NCBI GenBank assembly: GCA_964195405.1
Contig: CAXMPK010000048.1
Span: 1-58,134, forward strand
Source of the DNA: an uncultured Acidimicrobiia bacterium
GTDB lineage: Bacteria > Actinomycetota > Acidimicrobiia > Spongiisociales > ZC4RG35
Direction of reading: 5' to 3'
DNA length: 58,134 bases
Shown here: positions 37,374-47,131 of the stretch, piece after piece
Layout of the letters: each line of letters starts with the position of its first letter
How positions within the stretch are numbered: position 1 is the first letter of the stretch
Made by a program: the position numbers and the translations under genes
The notes under the pieces: generated by a model
Seen by the model: only the letters and a program-made list of their open reading frames with translations
What the model was told of the DNA's origin: nothing
Database searches by the model: none

Positions 37374-38717
37374 TCAACCGGCGAGGATCGTCAGACCGAG
37401 AGCGGTGAGTGCAACCATCATCAGAAGCATCGCGTACCGGGGGCGAGTGGCGTCATCGCCGAAATCAGCGAGCGCCCGATCGTGTGCAAGTGCGACTCCA
37501 AGCACAGTTCCACCAACGATAGAAGCGAGCTGGAAATACCAGATCGGCTCACCGGTGGCGATGAAGAACTCAACACGACGGTCAGCTGTGCCAAACAGGT
37601 CCCATCCGAGACCGAACGGATCGGAGATGGCGGCAACGAGCTGCTGGCCCTCAAAGATGATCAACGTGAAGTAATGGGCAACGGCATAGGCGAGGGCAAT
37701 CGGGACCAGCGTGTGTGCGAACCGTTGTGCCACATGGATAGCGGTGACACCGGTGTCGGTGAGCTTGGCAACGACGAGCGAGATGAGCCAGTAGCCCAGG
37801 CCCACCACGACAACCGCCAGGATCAAGAGAACGGTTTGCCCACCGGTGCTTCGAACCAGACCGAAGGTGATGTCGTCGAACCAGTTGGTGTCCGAGGCTC
37901 CGTCGTACGAGATGGTCCCGATCATGGCGACAACAAAGACCCATAAACCCGACCATTCGGGGATCACCGTCAACGACCGAAGCCACCCACGCCAGATGAG
38001 TCTGCCTTCCCCGTTGCGGCCGACCGGAGAGATGGCAGAAAAGAGCCGGTTGTATGACGTGAACGCGTCGAAAGAAAGACCGGTTTCTCTACCGAACAGG
38101 ACCATCACCACCAGGAGAAACGTCGTGTAGACGAGTGCGGCAACACCGAGCGTTGTGGGGTCGCCAGAGTTGGGGCTAACCAATTCGAACCAGGTGAAGG
38201 CAATGAAGATGATCGCTGCCGGCCAGACGCCAAAACGTTTGAGGATTTGCGACTTGTCGGTCTGACTCCGGCCGGCGACCGTTCGCCAGGGGTTGATATC
38301 GGTGTACCAGCTTCCGATCAGCGAGGAAGCGAACGGCACCACCAGCCAAAACACCACCCAAACCATGACCGGAGCGATCGTCGGACGTGTCGAGTCACGC
38401 TCCAGGCCGAGGATGTCAGGGACGATTTGTCCGATGACGAGAAGCAGAGAGGAGACCCCGAGGATTGGAAGAATTGGGCGAGCAGAGACTCTGCGACCCG
38501 GCCCTTCGTACCGGGGCCCGTCCTGCAGCCGTGGCTCCGGCCAAAGCAGGCCAAGAGCCACCCAGGAGGCAACCACAATCAATACGGCGCCAAACACGAA
38601 GTAGCGAATAGAAAAGGGAAGATCGAGACCGCCTCCGATGCCATGTGCCAGAACTCTGGTTGGCGCCGCCACGACAAACATCAAGGTGGCCACCAGACCC
38701 AGTGCCATCTTGTACAT
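37374..38717 (-). CDS. Hypothetical polytopic membrane protein (447 aa)
   Basis: It has a signal-like N-terminus ending VLA/HGIGGG and about 12 TM helices. It is not CtaA-like, and I do not recognise the family. Confidence 0.7.
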   Translation of the reverse strand: MYKMALGLVATLMFVVAAPTRVLAHGIGGGLDLPFSIRYFVFGAVLIVVASWVALGLLWPEPRLQDGPRYEGPGRRVSARPILPILGVSSLLLVIGQIVPDILGLERDSTRPTIAPVMVWVVFWLVVPFASSLIGSWYTDINPWRTVAGRSQTDKSQILKRFGVWPAAIIFIAFTWFELVSPNSGDPTTLGVAALVYTTFLLVVMVLFGRETGLSFDAFTSYNRLFSAISPVGRNGEGRLIWRGWLRSLTVIPEWSGLWVFVVAMIGTISYDGASDTNWFDDITFGLVRSTGGQTVLLILAVVVVGLGYWLISLVVAKLTDTGVTAIHVAQRFAHTLVPIALAYAVAHYFTLIIFEGQQLVAAISDPFGLGWDLFGTADRRVEFFIATGEPIWYFQLASIVGGTVLGVALAHDRALADFGDDATRPRYAMLLMMVALTALGLTILAG

Positions 38718-38762
38718 CGCGCGACGGTAAAAGAACCCCGAGCGTGTGCACCCACACGCTCG

Positions 38763-39665
38763 TCAGTCGAAGAAGGAGCCGAGTTTGTCGAGAACCAGAT
38801 CGGGGTGGGTCCAAACAACCTCGTGACGGGCGCCGACCACCTCGACCACTTGCACGTCGGGGATCAACGATGCCAGCTGGTACTGCCAGGCCGGTGGGAC
38901 CAGCAGGTCCTCGGTGGGGATGATCACCATTGTCGGTAAGCCAAGCCGGCCGATCCAGGGACGCGAGTCAAACCTGAGCAAAGCGAAGGTTGCCTGTGCC
39001 CCAGCGTCGGGGTCGCGACGATGAGTCTCCTCCCATAGCCACCTGGCGTGCTGCTTTTTGACGGCACCCATCCCTAACAAGTAACCGGTACGCGCCTCGG
39101 GAACGCCCAGACCGGTCATGCGCTCCCACCCCCGAGTCAGGAGAGTTCCGGCACGGCGCAGCCACTTCATGTTGTCCGGGTGGAAAGCGAACGTGGCGAT
39201 GAGGACAAGTCGGGCGACCCGACCGGGATGACGATGGGCCAGGGCCTGAGCGATGGTCCCACCCATCGAATACCCGACCACGTCGACCGCACCCACACCG
39301 AGCTCATCAAGGACTCCTGCCAGGTCGTCCGCAACGTCTTCGACCTCAAAACGTCCTGTTACCACCGGGGACAACCCGTGGCTGCGTTGGTCGATCATGA
39401 TGACACGGCGGTCTGTTGCTAGTTTCTGGCCGATCAGATACCACTCGCCGAGCGACGACCCGGCGAGACCGTGAATGAGCAGGATCGGTCGTCCATCTTT
39501 GGGTCCCGCTTGGCGAACCAGAAACTCTTCGTCACCTACAAATATGGTTTCCGCTCCGAGTCGCCATGGGTGAGTCTGTGGCGGCTTGAACGCTGGGCGG
39601 ATAGTCGGGGAGAAGAATCGCCACCCAAGGAATCCCCAAACTGCCACACGCAGCATCCTGATCAT
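38763..39665 (-). CDS. Alpha/beta hydrolase
   Basis: ILLIHGLAGSS and the nucleophile elbow GYSMGG are present. The ATG at 39665 overlaps the upstream stop (ATGA). Confidence 0.85.
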   Translation of the reverse strand: MIRMLRVAVWGFLGWRFFSPTIRPAFKPPQTHPWRLGAETIFVGDEEFLVRQAGPKDGRPILLIHGLAGSSLGEWYLIGQKLATDRRVIMIDQRSHGLSPVVTGRFEVEDVADDLAGVLDELGVGAVDVVGYSMGGTIAQALAHRHPGRVARLVLIATFAFHPDNMKWLRRAGTLLTRGWERMTGLGVPEARTGYLLGMGAVKKQHARWLWEETHRRDPDAGAQATFALLRFDSRPWIGRLGLPTMVIIPTEDLLVPPAWQYQLASLIPDVQVVEVVGARHEVVWTHPDLVLDKLGSFFD

Positions 39666-40084
39666 GTGAGATCCCCAACGGCGAAGCGGAGATCCTCGAC
39701 TGGTTCCCCACCGATGAGATGCTGGTCTATCACCTTGTCGAGCTTTTCGATATCGAGGCGGGCGTACCAGGTGCCCTCTGGGTAGACGACGGCAATGGCC
39801 CCTTGCTCGCAGATCCGCAAACAATCGACCTTCGAGCGGAGCACCGATCCGCTGCCCATCTCGTTCAGATTGGGATCAGAGTCGATGTTCCCCTGCCACT
39901 TAGGCGGCGCCGACGTGACCCCGGCTTCTTTCAGCCTGGTCTTTAAGTGTCGCCACAAAACGTTGGTTGCCTCACGTGATGCACATTTGGGATTGGTCTG
40001 ATCGGCGCAAAGCAATATGTGTCTGCGCGCAACCGGGATCGAGAGAGCGTCGGCGATGTTTTGGAGGCGCTGATCGGAATTCAC
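39662..40084 (-). CDS. Thioredoxin-like [2Fe-2S] ferredoxin family protein
   Basis: The four-Cys pattern is HILLCADQTNPKC ... DCLRICEQGAIAVVYPEGTWY. The GTG start lies 8 nt after the selD stop. Confidence 0.7.
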   Translation of the reverse strand: MNSDQRLQNIADALSIPVARRHILLCADQTNPKCASREATNVLWRHLKTRLKEAGVTSAPPKWQGNIDSDPNLNEMGSGSVLRSKVDCLRICEQGAIAVVYPEGTWYARLDIEKLDKVIDQHLIGGEPVEDLRFAVGDLT

Positions 40085-40092
40085 CCGATCAT

Positions 40093-41115
40093 TTAAACCA
40101 CTTCGAGCGACTTCTCAGAAGTGAGTGAACCGATGACCACAGCATCTTCAACGAGTTCCATGTACTGATCGACGTCACCCGGCGACAGCGCCACCAGCAA
40201 TCCCCCACTCGTCTGGGCGTCCGCCAGGATCTTGATCTCCTCTTCTGCCCGCTTGCTCACAACGTGATTTGACACAGCTGAGAGATTGCGACCTGAACCT
40301 CCGGGCCACATCCCCTCGGCGAGCAATTCCGATACACCGTCGAGAACGGGCACCCGGTCGAATTCGATCTCGGCTCCAAGCCCGGATGCCTCACACATCT
40401 CACGAAGATGGCCAAGCAACCCAAATCCAGTCACGTCGGTGACGGCACTTGCCCCAACACTGCTGGCAGCGGTGCCGGCGTCACGATTCAAACGACTCAT
40501 CCAGCCAATGGCTTCGACTTCCAATTCGGGGGGGCAGCGATCTCGTTTGATAGCGGTGGCGATGATCCCCATACCCAGGGGTTTCGTCAGCGCAAGCACG
40601 TCTTCCGGCTGACCGGCACTGTTGGTGAGAACATCGCCGACAGGAGCCAGTCCGGTCAAGGCAAACCCGTAGTGGGGTTCGGGACCGTCGATGGAGTGTC
40701 CGCCGACAACGGTGCATCCGGCGTCGGCCATGACATCCATGCCACCGAGAATCACCTCTGACGCCAGTTCGAACGGCAGCTCGTCTCGAGGCCACGCAAG
40801 GTATTGGAGAGCAGTGAGCGGTTCGGCCCCCATCGCATAGATGTCGCTGAGCGCATTGGCGGCAGCGATCCGACCCCAGTCCCGGGCAGAGTCGACCACG
40901 GGAGCGAACACGTCGATTGTTTGAATCAGGGCGCGTCCGTCTCTCAGCGAAAAAACGCCGGCGTCATCACCCGTCCCGATTCCGACCAGGAGATCAGGGT
41001 GGGTGGTGGAAGGATGTGATTGAACGGGGCTCAGAACCTGAGCCAGCTCGGCTGGGCCGAGTTTGCAGCCTCAACCAGCCCCGTGGCTGTATCCGGTGAG
41101 TCGAATTTCGTTCAC
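40093..41115 (-). CDS. selD: Selenide, water dikinase SelD, with in-frame TGA (Sec) at 41071-41073
   Basis: The track ORF (40093..40911) is N-terminally truncated. Extending the same frame gives (M)NEIRLTGYSHGAG[TGA]GCKLGPAELAQVL...DLLVGIGTGDDAGVF..., which is collinear with E. coli SelD ([17 protein letters not shown]). It is the only in-frame stop between 41115 and 40911. Confidence 0.9.
41029..41061 (-). promoter_or_regulatory. Candidate SECIS hairpins downstream of the selD TGA
   Basis: On the minus strand, CUCGGC-CCA-GCCGAG lies at 41061-41047 and GCUCA-GGUUC-UGAGC at 41043-41029. The second loop occupies nt 33-37 after the TGA. Confidence 0.4.
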
Positions 41116-41179
41116 GGCAGCCAGGTTAAGCAATGCTGACTGTTGCACACGCTCCCGTCGTAATTACCCTGCTCCGCTC

Positions 41180-41656
41180 ATGTCAGACCAGACGACGTTT
41201 CTCACCGCTGTCGCATTAAAGAAGATTCAGGACGAGCTGGAGAAACTCAAGACCGAAGGCCGCCGCGAAATCGAAGACCGCATCGCTGAAGCTCGCTCGC
41301 ACGGCGACCTTCGCGAGAACGCCGACTACGACGCCGCCAAGAACGATCAGGGTCTGATGGAGGCTCGGATCCGCAAACTGGAACACCTCGTCAACACTGC
41401 TGAGGTTCGCGAAGTGAAAGACACCGGCAAGGTCGAAGTAGGCAGCGTTGTGACTGTCATCGACTCTGACGGCGACGAGTTGGAATACTTCTTGGCACCG
41501 CAGGAAAACAAGGTCGCCGGTCTGCTTCTCGCCTCGCCAACCAGCCCTCTTGGATCTGCCCTACTCGGCGCCGACATCGACGACGAAGTGGCATACCAGG
41601 CACCCGCTGGGACCTTCAAGGTGAAAGTGGTGTCGGTGCGTCCCTACGACGGCTGA
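41180..41656 (+). CDS. greA: Transcription elongation factor GreA
   Basis: LEKLKTEGRREIEDRIAEARSHGDLRENADYDAAKNDQG is the GreA signature. The start is trimmed to the ATG at 41180. Confidence 0.9.
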   Translation: MSDQTTFLTAVALKKIQDELEKLKTEGRREIEDRIAEARSHGDLRENADYDAAKNDQGLMEARIRKLEHLVNTAEVREVKDTGKVEVGSVVTVIDSDGDELEYFLAPQENKVAGLLLASPTSPLGSALLGADIDDEVAYQAPAGTFKVKVVSVRPYDG

Positions 41657-41705
41657 TCCCCCGCTGTAACCTGGCGAGGACCGATCGACCCACCCGGGGG
41701 CACCT

Positions 41706-43106
41706 GTGAGACTGCGACTCAGAAGCCCGCGCCAACTTGCCAAAACACTCCTCGCCGCCGCGCGTCGCGATCAAAGCGAGGTCGCCGAGTATCTCGAGGC
41801 CAAGCCTGAAGAGTGGGGAGCGCTCGCCGACGCAACACCGGGCGACGCCGCTGACATCCTCGAACAGCTCGCTGAAGAGAAAGCAGCCGAGTTACTTGCC
41901 GATCTCGGACCGCTCGAAGCCGCCGAGGTCTTAGAAGAAATCGCCCCCGAACTCGCTGCGGAGCTGATTGACGAGGTTCCCCTCACCAACCTGGCCGCAG
42001 CACTCAACGAGATGCCGGCGGAAGCGGCGGCCGACCTGGTCGGTGAGTTCGACACTGACCTGGTTGAGGACGTCCTGGCAGCCATGACCGACCATGCCGA
42101 GCAGGAGGTCCGCGAGCTGTTGGTCTACCCCGCCGACAGCGCCGGCGGCCTGATGATCACCGAGATCGCTTCCCTCCCCCTCGGATTGACCACCGGTGAA
42201 GCCATCGAGCGGATCCGTCAACTGAGCGACGAGTACGAAGACCTCTCATACGTCTACGTCATCGACGATGAGCACAAGCTGCAAGGTGTTCTCTCATTCC
42301 GGGACCTCGTCTTCAAACGTCCCGGGTCTCCTCTCGCCGACGTCATGGTGGCCCCCATTGCGGTGACAGCGTTGACCGATCGCGAAGAAGTGGCAGAGCT
42401 CTGTCAGCGTTATCACCTCTTTGGGATACCTGTTACCGATCGCCACGGGGTGCTCCTGGGAATGGTGACCACCGACGCTGTCATCGAAGCAGTCCAAGAC
42501 GAGGCCTCCGAAGACTTCGCCGCCGCTGTCGGTGCCGGAGTTGGGGAGACCGTCTATACCGATGTCGGAAAGTCGTTCCGGATGCGTGCGCCCTGGCTCC
42601 TGGTGAACCTCTTCCTCGCCTTGATTGTTGCTTGGGTGATCGAGCAACAGACCGGGCTCATCAGCCGGGAGCCGGTGCTCGCCGCCCTCATGCCGGTGAT
42701 TGCCCTGCTTGGCGGCAACGGTGGCAACCAGAGTCTGGCGGTCATGATCCGGTCGCTGGCAACCGACGATGTTCCCGGTACCCAGGTCCCGGCAATTCTG
42801 GCGAGACAGGCCGGCGTCGGTCTTCTGAATGGGCTGCTGCTCGCGGTCGCCGCCGGCACATTGACCTATATCTTGCTCACGGCCGAAGTCTTCACAAGCG
42901 GGTCGGATCCGATTTTGGTCGCCATCGCCGTGGGCATCGCAACCTTGGCCAACCTGGTCATCGCAACAGTTGCCGGTGCAGGCATTCCCTTGATTCTGCG
43001 TCGCCTCGGTCTCGACCCGGCCCTGGCTTCATCTATATTCGTGACCCTGATCACTGATGTTGTTGGGTTTGGCGGCTTTCTCTTGGTGGCGAACCTGCTG
43101 CTCTAA
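41706..43106 (+). CDS. mgtE: Magnesium transporter MgtE
   Basis: The acidic N-domain is followed by a CBS pair and the TM domain with ALLGGNGGNQS and ITDVVGFGGFL. Confidence 0.9.
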   Translation: MRLRLRSPRQLAKTLLAAARRDQSEVAEYLEAKPEEWGALADATPGDAADILEQLAEEKAAELLADLGPLEAAEVLEEIAPELAAELIDEVPLTNLAAALNEMPAEAAADLVGEFDTDLVEDVLAAMTDHAEQEVRELLVYPADSAGGLMITEIASLPLGLTTGEAIERIRQLSDEYEDLSYVYVIDDEHKLQGVLSFRDLVFKRPGSPLADVMVAPIAVTALTDREEVAELCQRYHLFGIPVTDRHGVLLGMVTTDAVIEAVQDEASEDFAAAVGAGVGETVYTDVGKSFRMRAPWLLVNLFLALIVAWVIEQQTGLISREPVLAALMPVIALLGGNGGNQSLAVMIRSLATDDVPGTQVPAILARQAGVGLLNGLLLAVAAGTLTYILLTAEVFTSGSDPILVAIAVGIATLANLVIATVAGAGIPLILRRLGLDPALASSIFVTLITDVVGFGGFLLVANLLL

Positions 43107-43118
43107 CGTGGCACCGAT

Positions 43119-43676
43119 ATGACCCCTCATATACATGCGGTCTGGCACTGTGAGCCCAACGAGAGCGTGGAACACTTCGTGCTAGCTAGGACCAGCACCG
43201 GATGGCTGTTGCGAGGAATCGTCATGCTCACCATTGACGACGAGCCGTCCGAGATTCGATACGAGGTCGCTGCCGATGACCGCTGGCGAACTCGAGAGGC
43301 GACGATTCGGCTAGGGGATGAGACTATCGACGTTGCTGTCAACGACGGTCGATGGCGGATCAACGATGTCATCAATGACGACCTCATGGGCTGCATTGAT
43401 ATCGACCTCGGGTGGACACCTGCCACCAACACGCTTCCGATCAGACGTCTCGGGCTCGATGTCGGGGAAAGTGCCAAGATCCACACGGCCTGGCTCCGAT
43501 ACCCTGAGATGAGCTTCGTTTCGGCCACACAAAACTACAGCCGAGTTTCGGACAGGATCTGGCGCTACCAATCGGGTCAAGCGGACTACGAGCTGGAGGT
43601 GACGGAAGGTGTGGTGTGCCGCTACGGCGATTTGTGGTGGGGCGGTGTTCAGGCGGCTAAGCCCGGTACTCGCTGA
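43119..43676 (+). CDS. Putative glycolipid-binding domain protein (DUF1089-like)
   Basis: GWLLRGIVM...IRYEVAADDRWRTREATI...DIDLGWTPATNTLPIRRL matches my recollection of this family. Confidence 0.7.
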   Translation: MTPHIHAVWHCEPNESVEHFVLARTSTGWLLRGIVMLTIDDEPSEIRYEVAADDRWRTREATIRLGDETIDVAVNDGRWRINDVINDDLMGCIDIDLGWTPATNTLPIRRLGLDVGESAKIHTAWLRYPEMSFVSATQNYSRVSDRIWRYQSGQADYELEVTEGVVCRYGDLWWGGVQAAKPGTR

Positions 43677-44061
43677 TCTCGAACAAAGTCCCGTCAGGAT
43701 CGCGAAAGAAACAACGAATTTCTGAGCCCCAGTCATAGGGGGGTGTCAGGAACTCGGCCCCGCGGCCCTCGAGAGTCTCATATGCATCTTGACAGTCCTC
43801 GACTCTGATCGTGAATGAGTGAGTCACCTTGCTGAGGTCATCCGGAGGAACAAACGAAACCCCGGGTTTGTCTTCGGAAGGGCCACCCGAAGTGACGATC
43901 AACAGCCAGACCCCGTTGAAATCGAACACGGCCGACGTGCCCCCGTACTCTCGATGAAAGGTGGCGCCGAGTACATCCCGATACCACTGCAAGGACTTCT
44001 TGAAGTCGTTTACCACCAGAATGTGAGTGAGTTCCGTCCCTGGTTGTGGAAAGTCAGCCAT
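43657..44061 (-). CDS. VOC (glyoxalase/bleomycin-resistance) family protein
   Basis: THILVVNDFKKSLQWYRDVLG...FTIRVEDCQDAYETLEGRGAEFL...FFRDPDGTLFEI. The start is trimmed to the ATG at 44061. Confidence 0.8.
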   Translation of the reverse strand: MADFPQPGTELTHILVVNDFKKSLQWYRDVLGATFHREYGGTSAVFDFNGVWLLIVTSGGPSEDKPGVSFVPPDDLSKVTHSFTIRVEDCQDAYETLEGRGAEFLTPPYDWGSEIRCFFRDPDGTLFEISEYRA

Positions 44062-44080
44062 CGCGCCGACCCTATCGGTT

Positions 44081-44602
44081 CTAGGAGCCGATGATTGCTT
44101 CGCCGAATTCCGAGAAGGGACCCTGGAAACGGATGGTGTCGCCATCTACGAGACTGACAAAATGGTGGTCGTCGACGAGCACTTGCTGCTCAGCAGTACG
44201 CTGGTCCTCCGGAATCACAAAGGCCGGAATCGCATCTTCATCATCGAAGACTTCGGCGCCCCATAGTTCCGGATCAGCCACCTTGAGATCACCGATGAAG
44301 TTCTCCAGATCGATCTCGGTGTAGGCCCCGGGGGGTATGACAATGTGGAGTGTCTCCCCATTGTCGCCCGAGATTCGCACCATGATCTCAAAGGCCCCGA
44401 CGGTCTCCCCGACAAGTGTCACCTCGGTCTGGTCACCGTTGTCCTCACCAGGCGACGTGGTTGTAGACCCGTCCTGATCTGGTGTCTCGGTGGTTTCCGT
44501 AACCAGAGACGAGGTGGTGGATAACTCAACAGTGCCGTCGTCACAAGCACCAACGACCAAACCGAAAGCGAGAAGAGCAGCAGCGATATTTCGAGACTTC
44601 AT
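44081..44602 (-). CDS. Hypothetical lipoprotein
   Basis: The signal peptide with lipobox is MKSRNIAAALLAFGLVVGAC, followed by a Thr/Ser/Asp-rich linker. Confidence 0.65.
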   Translation of the reverse strand: MKSRNIAAALLAFGLVVGACDDGTVELSTTSSLVTETTETPDQDGSTTTSPGEDNGDQTEVTLVGETVGAFEIMVRISGDNGETLHIVIPPGAYTEIDLENFIGDLKVADPELWGAEVFDDEDAIPAFVIPEDQRTAEQQVLVDDHHFVSLVDGDTIRFQGPFSEFGEAIIGS

Positions 44603-44666
44603 GTCACCTCAACGTACCGGTGCTCGGCTCAGGTTCCCGGTTTTGAGTCAATGGTGAAACACACCA

Positions 44667-45473
44667 CTAACTAACGATGTGACGGAAAGCGGTGGCAAGT
44701 CTCGATGTCACAGTCCCGGCTTCAAAAGCGAGTGCTCCTATTGCCGAAATCGCCTGAACCTCTCGAACCGTTGAAAGAGCCATCACTTCCGAAGCCTCCG
44801 CCAGCCGATCGAGACTCCAAGAACCTTCAACCACCTCCAACCCCATCCGCTCGGCTTCTTCGAGAACGACACGTCGGGTAATCGAATCGAGTATCCAAAG
44901 ATCCAGGGTCGGTGTCTCCAGGACTCCCTCGACTACCCACGCAACCGAAAATGTTGGGCCTTCCAGGACCACACCTTCGATGGATGCGAGCAAAGCGTCG
45001 TCGAACCCTTCGTTCCTTGCCCGCCGACTTGCAGCTTGGTTGGGTGCGTAGGACAAGATCTTGGCACCGGCGAGATCCCAGTCCACACCTGCCGCGTGCC
45101 ACGGAGCCTCCACCGGGAAGAGCCTGACAGAGGGGGCGATAACCGGCCCTGGGTGTCCAAAGACGATGACATTCGACGGTTCTTCCACTCCTGGAACACT
45201 CGAGCCCCTGGTAACTATCACTCTGACGAGACCGTCGCCATGTTGGATGGCTGCGGACTCGATCCAGGAGCGCACGTCGTCCCGTGCCGGCAACTCGATC
45301 CCGAGGGCCGCCGCGCTCTGCTGTAGTCGGTCGAGGTGCTCCTCCAACCCAAATGGCCGACCTCCATACAGCTTCATCACTTCGAAACAGCCATCGCCTC
45401 GCACCACCGCGGAGTCGGTCACCGGAATGGTTCCCGGGGACAACTCACCGTTGATCAGAACGTCGCCGATCAT
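44667..45473 (-). CDS. Class IV aminotransferase (BCAT/ADC-lyase-like)
   Basis: VVRGDGCFEVMKLYGGRPFGLEEHLDRL...AKILSYAPN are fold-type IV blocks. It overlaps the nadE stop by 4 nt. Confidence 0.85.
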   Translation of the reverse strand: MIGDVLINGELSPGTIPVTDSAVVRGDGCFEVMKLYGGRPFGLEEHLDRLQQSAAALGIELPARDDVRSWIESAAIQHGDGLVRVIVTRGSSVPGVEEPSNVIVFGHPGPVIAPSVRLFPVEAPWHAAGVDWDLAGAKILSYAPNQAASRRARNEGFDDALLASIEGVVLEGPTFSVAWVVEGVLETPTLDLWILDSITRRVVLEEAERMGLEVVEGSWSLDRLAEASEVMALSTVREVQAISAIGALAFEAGTVTSRLATAFRHIVS

Positions 45474-47131
45474 GGTTCGACCGAAAGGTAGGCGTTGGTG
45501 ATCGGGAGACGACGATCCTTGCCAAACGCCTTGGTCGTGATTTTCACACCCGGTGCCGCCTGTCGTCGCTTGTATTCGTTGCGGTCGACCATCCGGGCAA
45601 CCCGCGCCACCAAACGCGAGTCGTAGCCGGATTCGACGATGGCCTCGACCCCCATGTCGTCTTCGACATATCGCTCGAGAACTGCGTCGAGGATCTCATA
45701 TGGAGGCAAGGAGTCAGAGTCCTTCTGATCAGGTTTCAACTCTGCCGACGGCGGCTTGTCAATCGAGTTCTGAGGAATCACTTCGTCGTCCTTGTTGCGC
45801 CATCTGGCCAATTCGTAAACGAGGGTTTTGAAGACGTCCTTGAGCACAGAATATCCGCCGACCATATCCCCATAGAGAGTGGCGTAACCGGCAGCCATCT
45901 CGGACTTGTTGCCTGTTGCTATCACCATGGGCCCGAACTTGTTGGAGATCGCCATCAATGTCGCACCCCGCGATCGGGCCTGAAGGTTCTCTTCGGCGAC
46001 CCCAAACTCGGTCCCGTCGAAAAGGGCGGCCAGTGAGTCGAGATGGGCCTCATAGACATCGTCGATCGGGATCAGATCAAAACGGATCCCCAGATTCTTG
46101 GCGAGAGCACTCGCATCGTCTATCGAATGCTGGGAGGAGAAACGCGACGGCATCGCCACACCCCACACCGATTCTGATCCCACCGCGTCCACGGCGACTG
46201 CCGCGGTCAATGCCGAGTCGATGCCACCCGACAAACCGATGAGAACCTGACTGAATCCATTCTTGACCACATAGTCACGAAGTCCCGTGGTGATCGCTCG
46301 ATACACCTCCTCAGTCGCGTCGAGAAGTGGCGCCAGGTTCTCTGATGGGGTCCCCGATTCGGTTCCCGTCGGCACATCGACCACAAAGAAGTCCTCTTCG
46401 AACTGTGGGGAGCGATGTAAGACCGAACCATGAGCGTCGATGACCACCGATGCGCCATCGAACACCAGCTCGTCCTGCCCACCTATCAGGTTTAGATAGA
46501 CAACCGGAGCGCCTGCCGAGCGGGCCCTTTCGCTAAGCATCGCCTCCCGCTCCAGAGCCTTGCCACGATGAAACGGCGATGCGTTGATGTTGACCAGGAG
46601 CCGGGCGCCGGCTGCAGCTTGAGATGCAGGGGGTCCATCGGGAAGCCATATGTCCTCACACACCGACACACCGACGGTCTCCCCGGCGATATCCCACACC
46701 ATCCCCGGATTCTCTCCGACCGCAAAGTAGCGGTCCTCGTCGAACACCCCATAGTTGGGGAGTAACACTTTGTGATAGATACCGAGGACCTTGCCATCGC
46801 CGAGTATTGCCGCGGCGTTGGCCACATCGCGTGGCTCCGAGTCGGCGGCACCCCTCGGCCGCCCTCGAGCCCGGTCCACAAAACCCACAATGACGGCTGC
46901 TTTTGTTGTCAGTGCGGCGAGGCGGTCGAGTGCGGCAAGGTTGGCATCGACGAAATCGGATCGATGGACTAGGTCCTCAGGCGGGTAGCCGGTCAACGCG
47001 AGCTCGGGCACCAACAACACATCAGCCTCAGCCTTGTCGGCTCTTGCTATTGCATTGGCGACGATCGCCTCGTTGCCTTGAATGTCGCCGACAACCAGAT
47101 TGACCTGCGCACCGGCAACGCGGATTCCCAT
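45470..47131 (-). CDS. nadE: Glutamine-dependent NAD+ synthetase
   Basis: An N-terminal nitrilase (CN hydrolase) domain is followed by the NAD synthetase P-loop GLSGGIDSALTA. Confidence 0.92.
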   Translation of the reverse strand: MGIRVAGAQVNLVVGDIQGNEAIVANAIARADKAEADVLLVPELALTGYPPEDLVHRSDFVDANLAALDRLAALTTKAAVIVGFVDRARGRPRGAADSEPRDVANAAAILGDGKVLGIYHKVLLPNYGVFDEDRYFAVGENPGMVWDIAGETVGVSVCEDIWLPDGPPASQAAAGARLLVNINASPFHRGKALEREAMLSERARSAGAPVVYLNLIGGQDELVFDGASVVIDAHGSVLHRSPQFEEDFFVVDVPTGTESGTPSENLAPLLDATEEVYRAITTGLRDYVVKNGFSQVLIGLSGGIDSALTAAVAVDAVGSESVWGVAMPSRFSSQHSIDDASALAKNLGIRFDLIPIDDVYEAHLDSLAALFDGTEFGVAEENLQARSRGATLMAISNKFGPMVIATGNKSEMAAGYATLYGDMVGGYSVLKDVFKTLVYELARWRNKDDEVIPQNSIDKPPSAELKPDQKDSDSLPPYEILDAVLERYVEDDMGVEAIVESGYDSRLVARVARMVDRNEYKRRQAAPGVKITTKAFGKDRRLPITNAYLSVEP

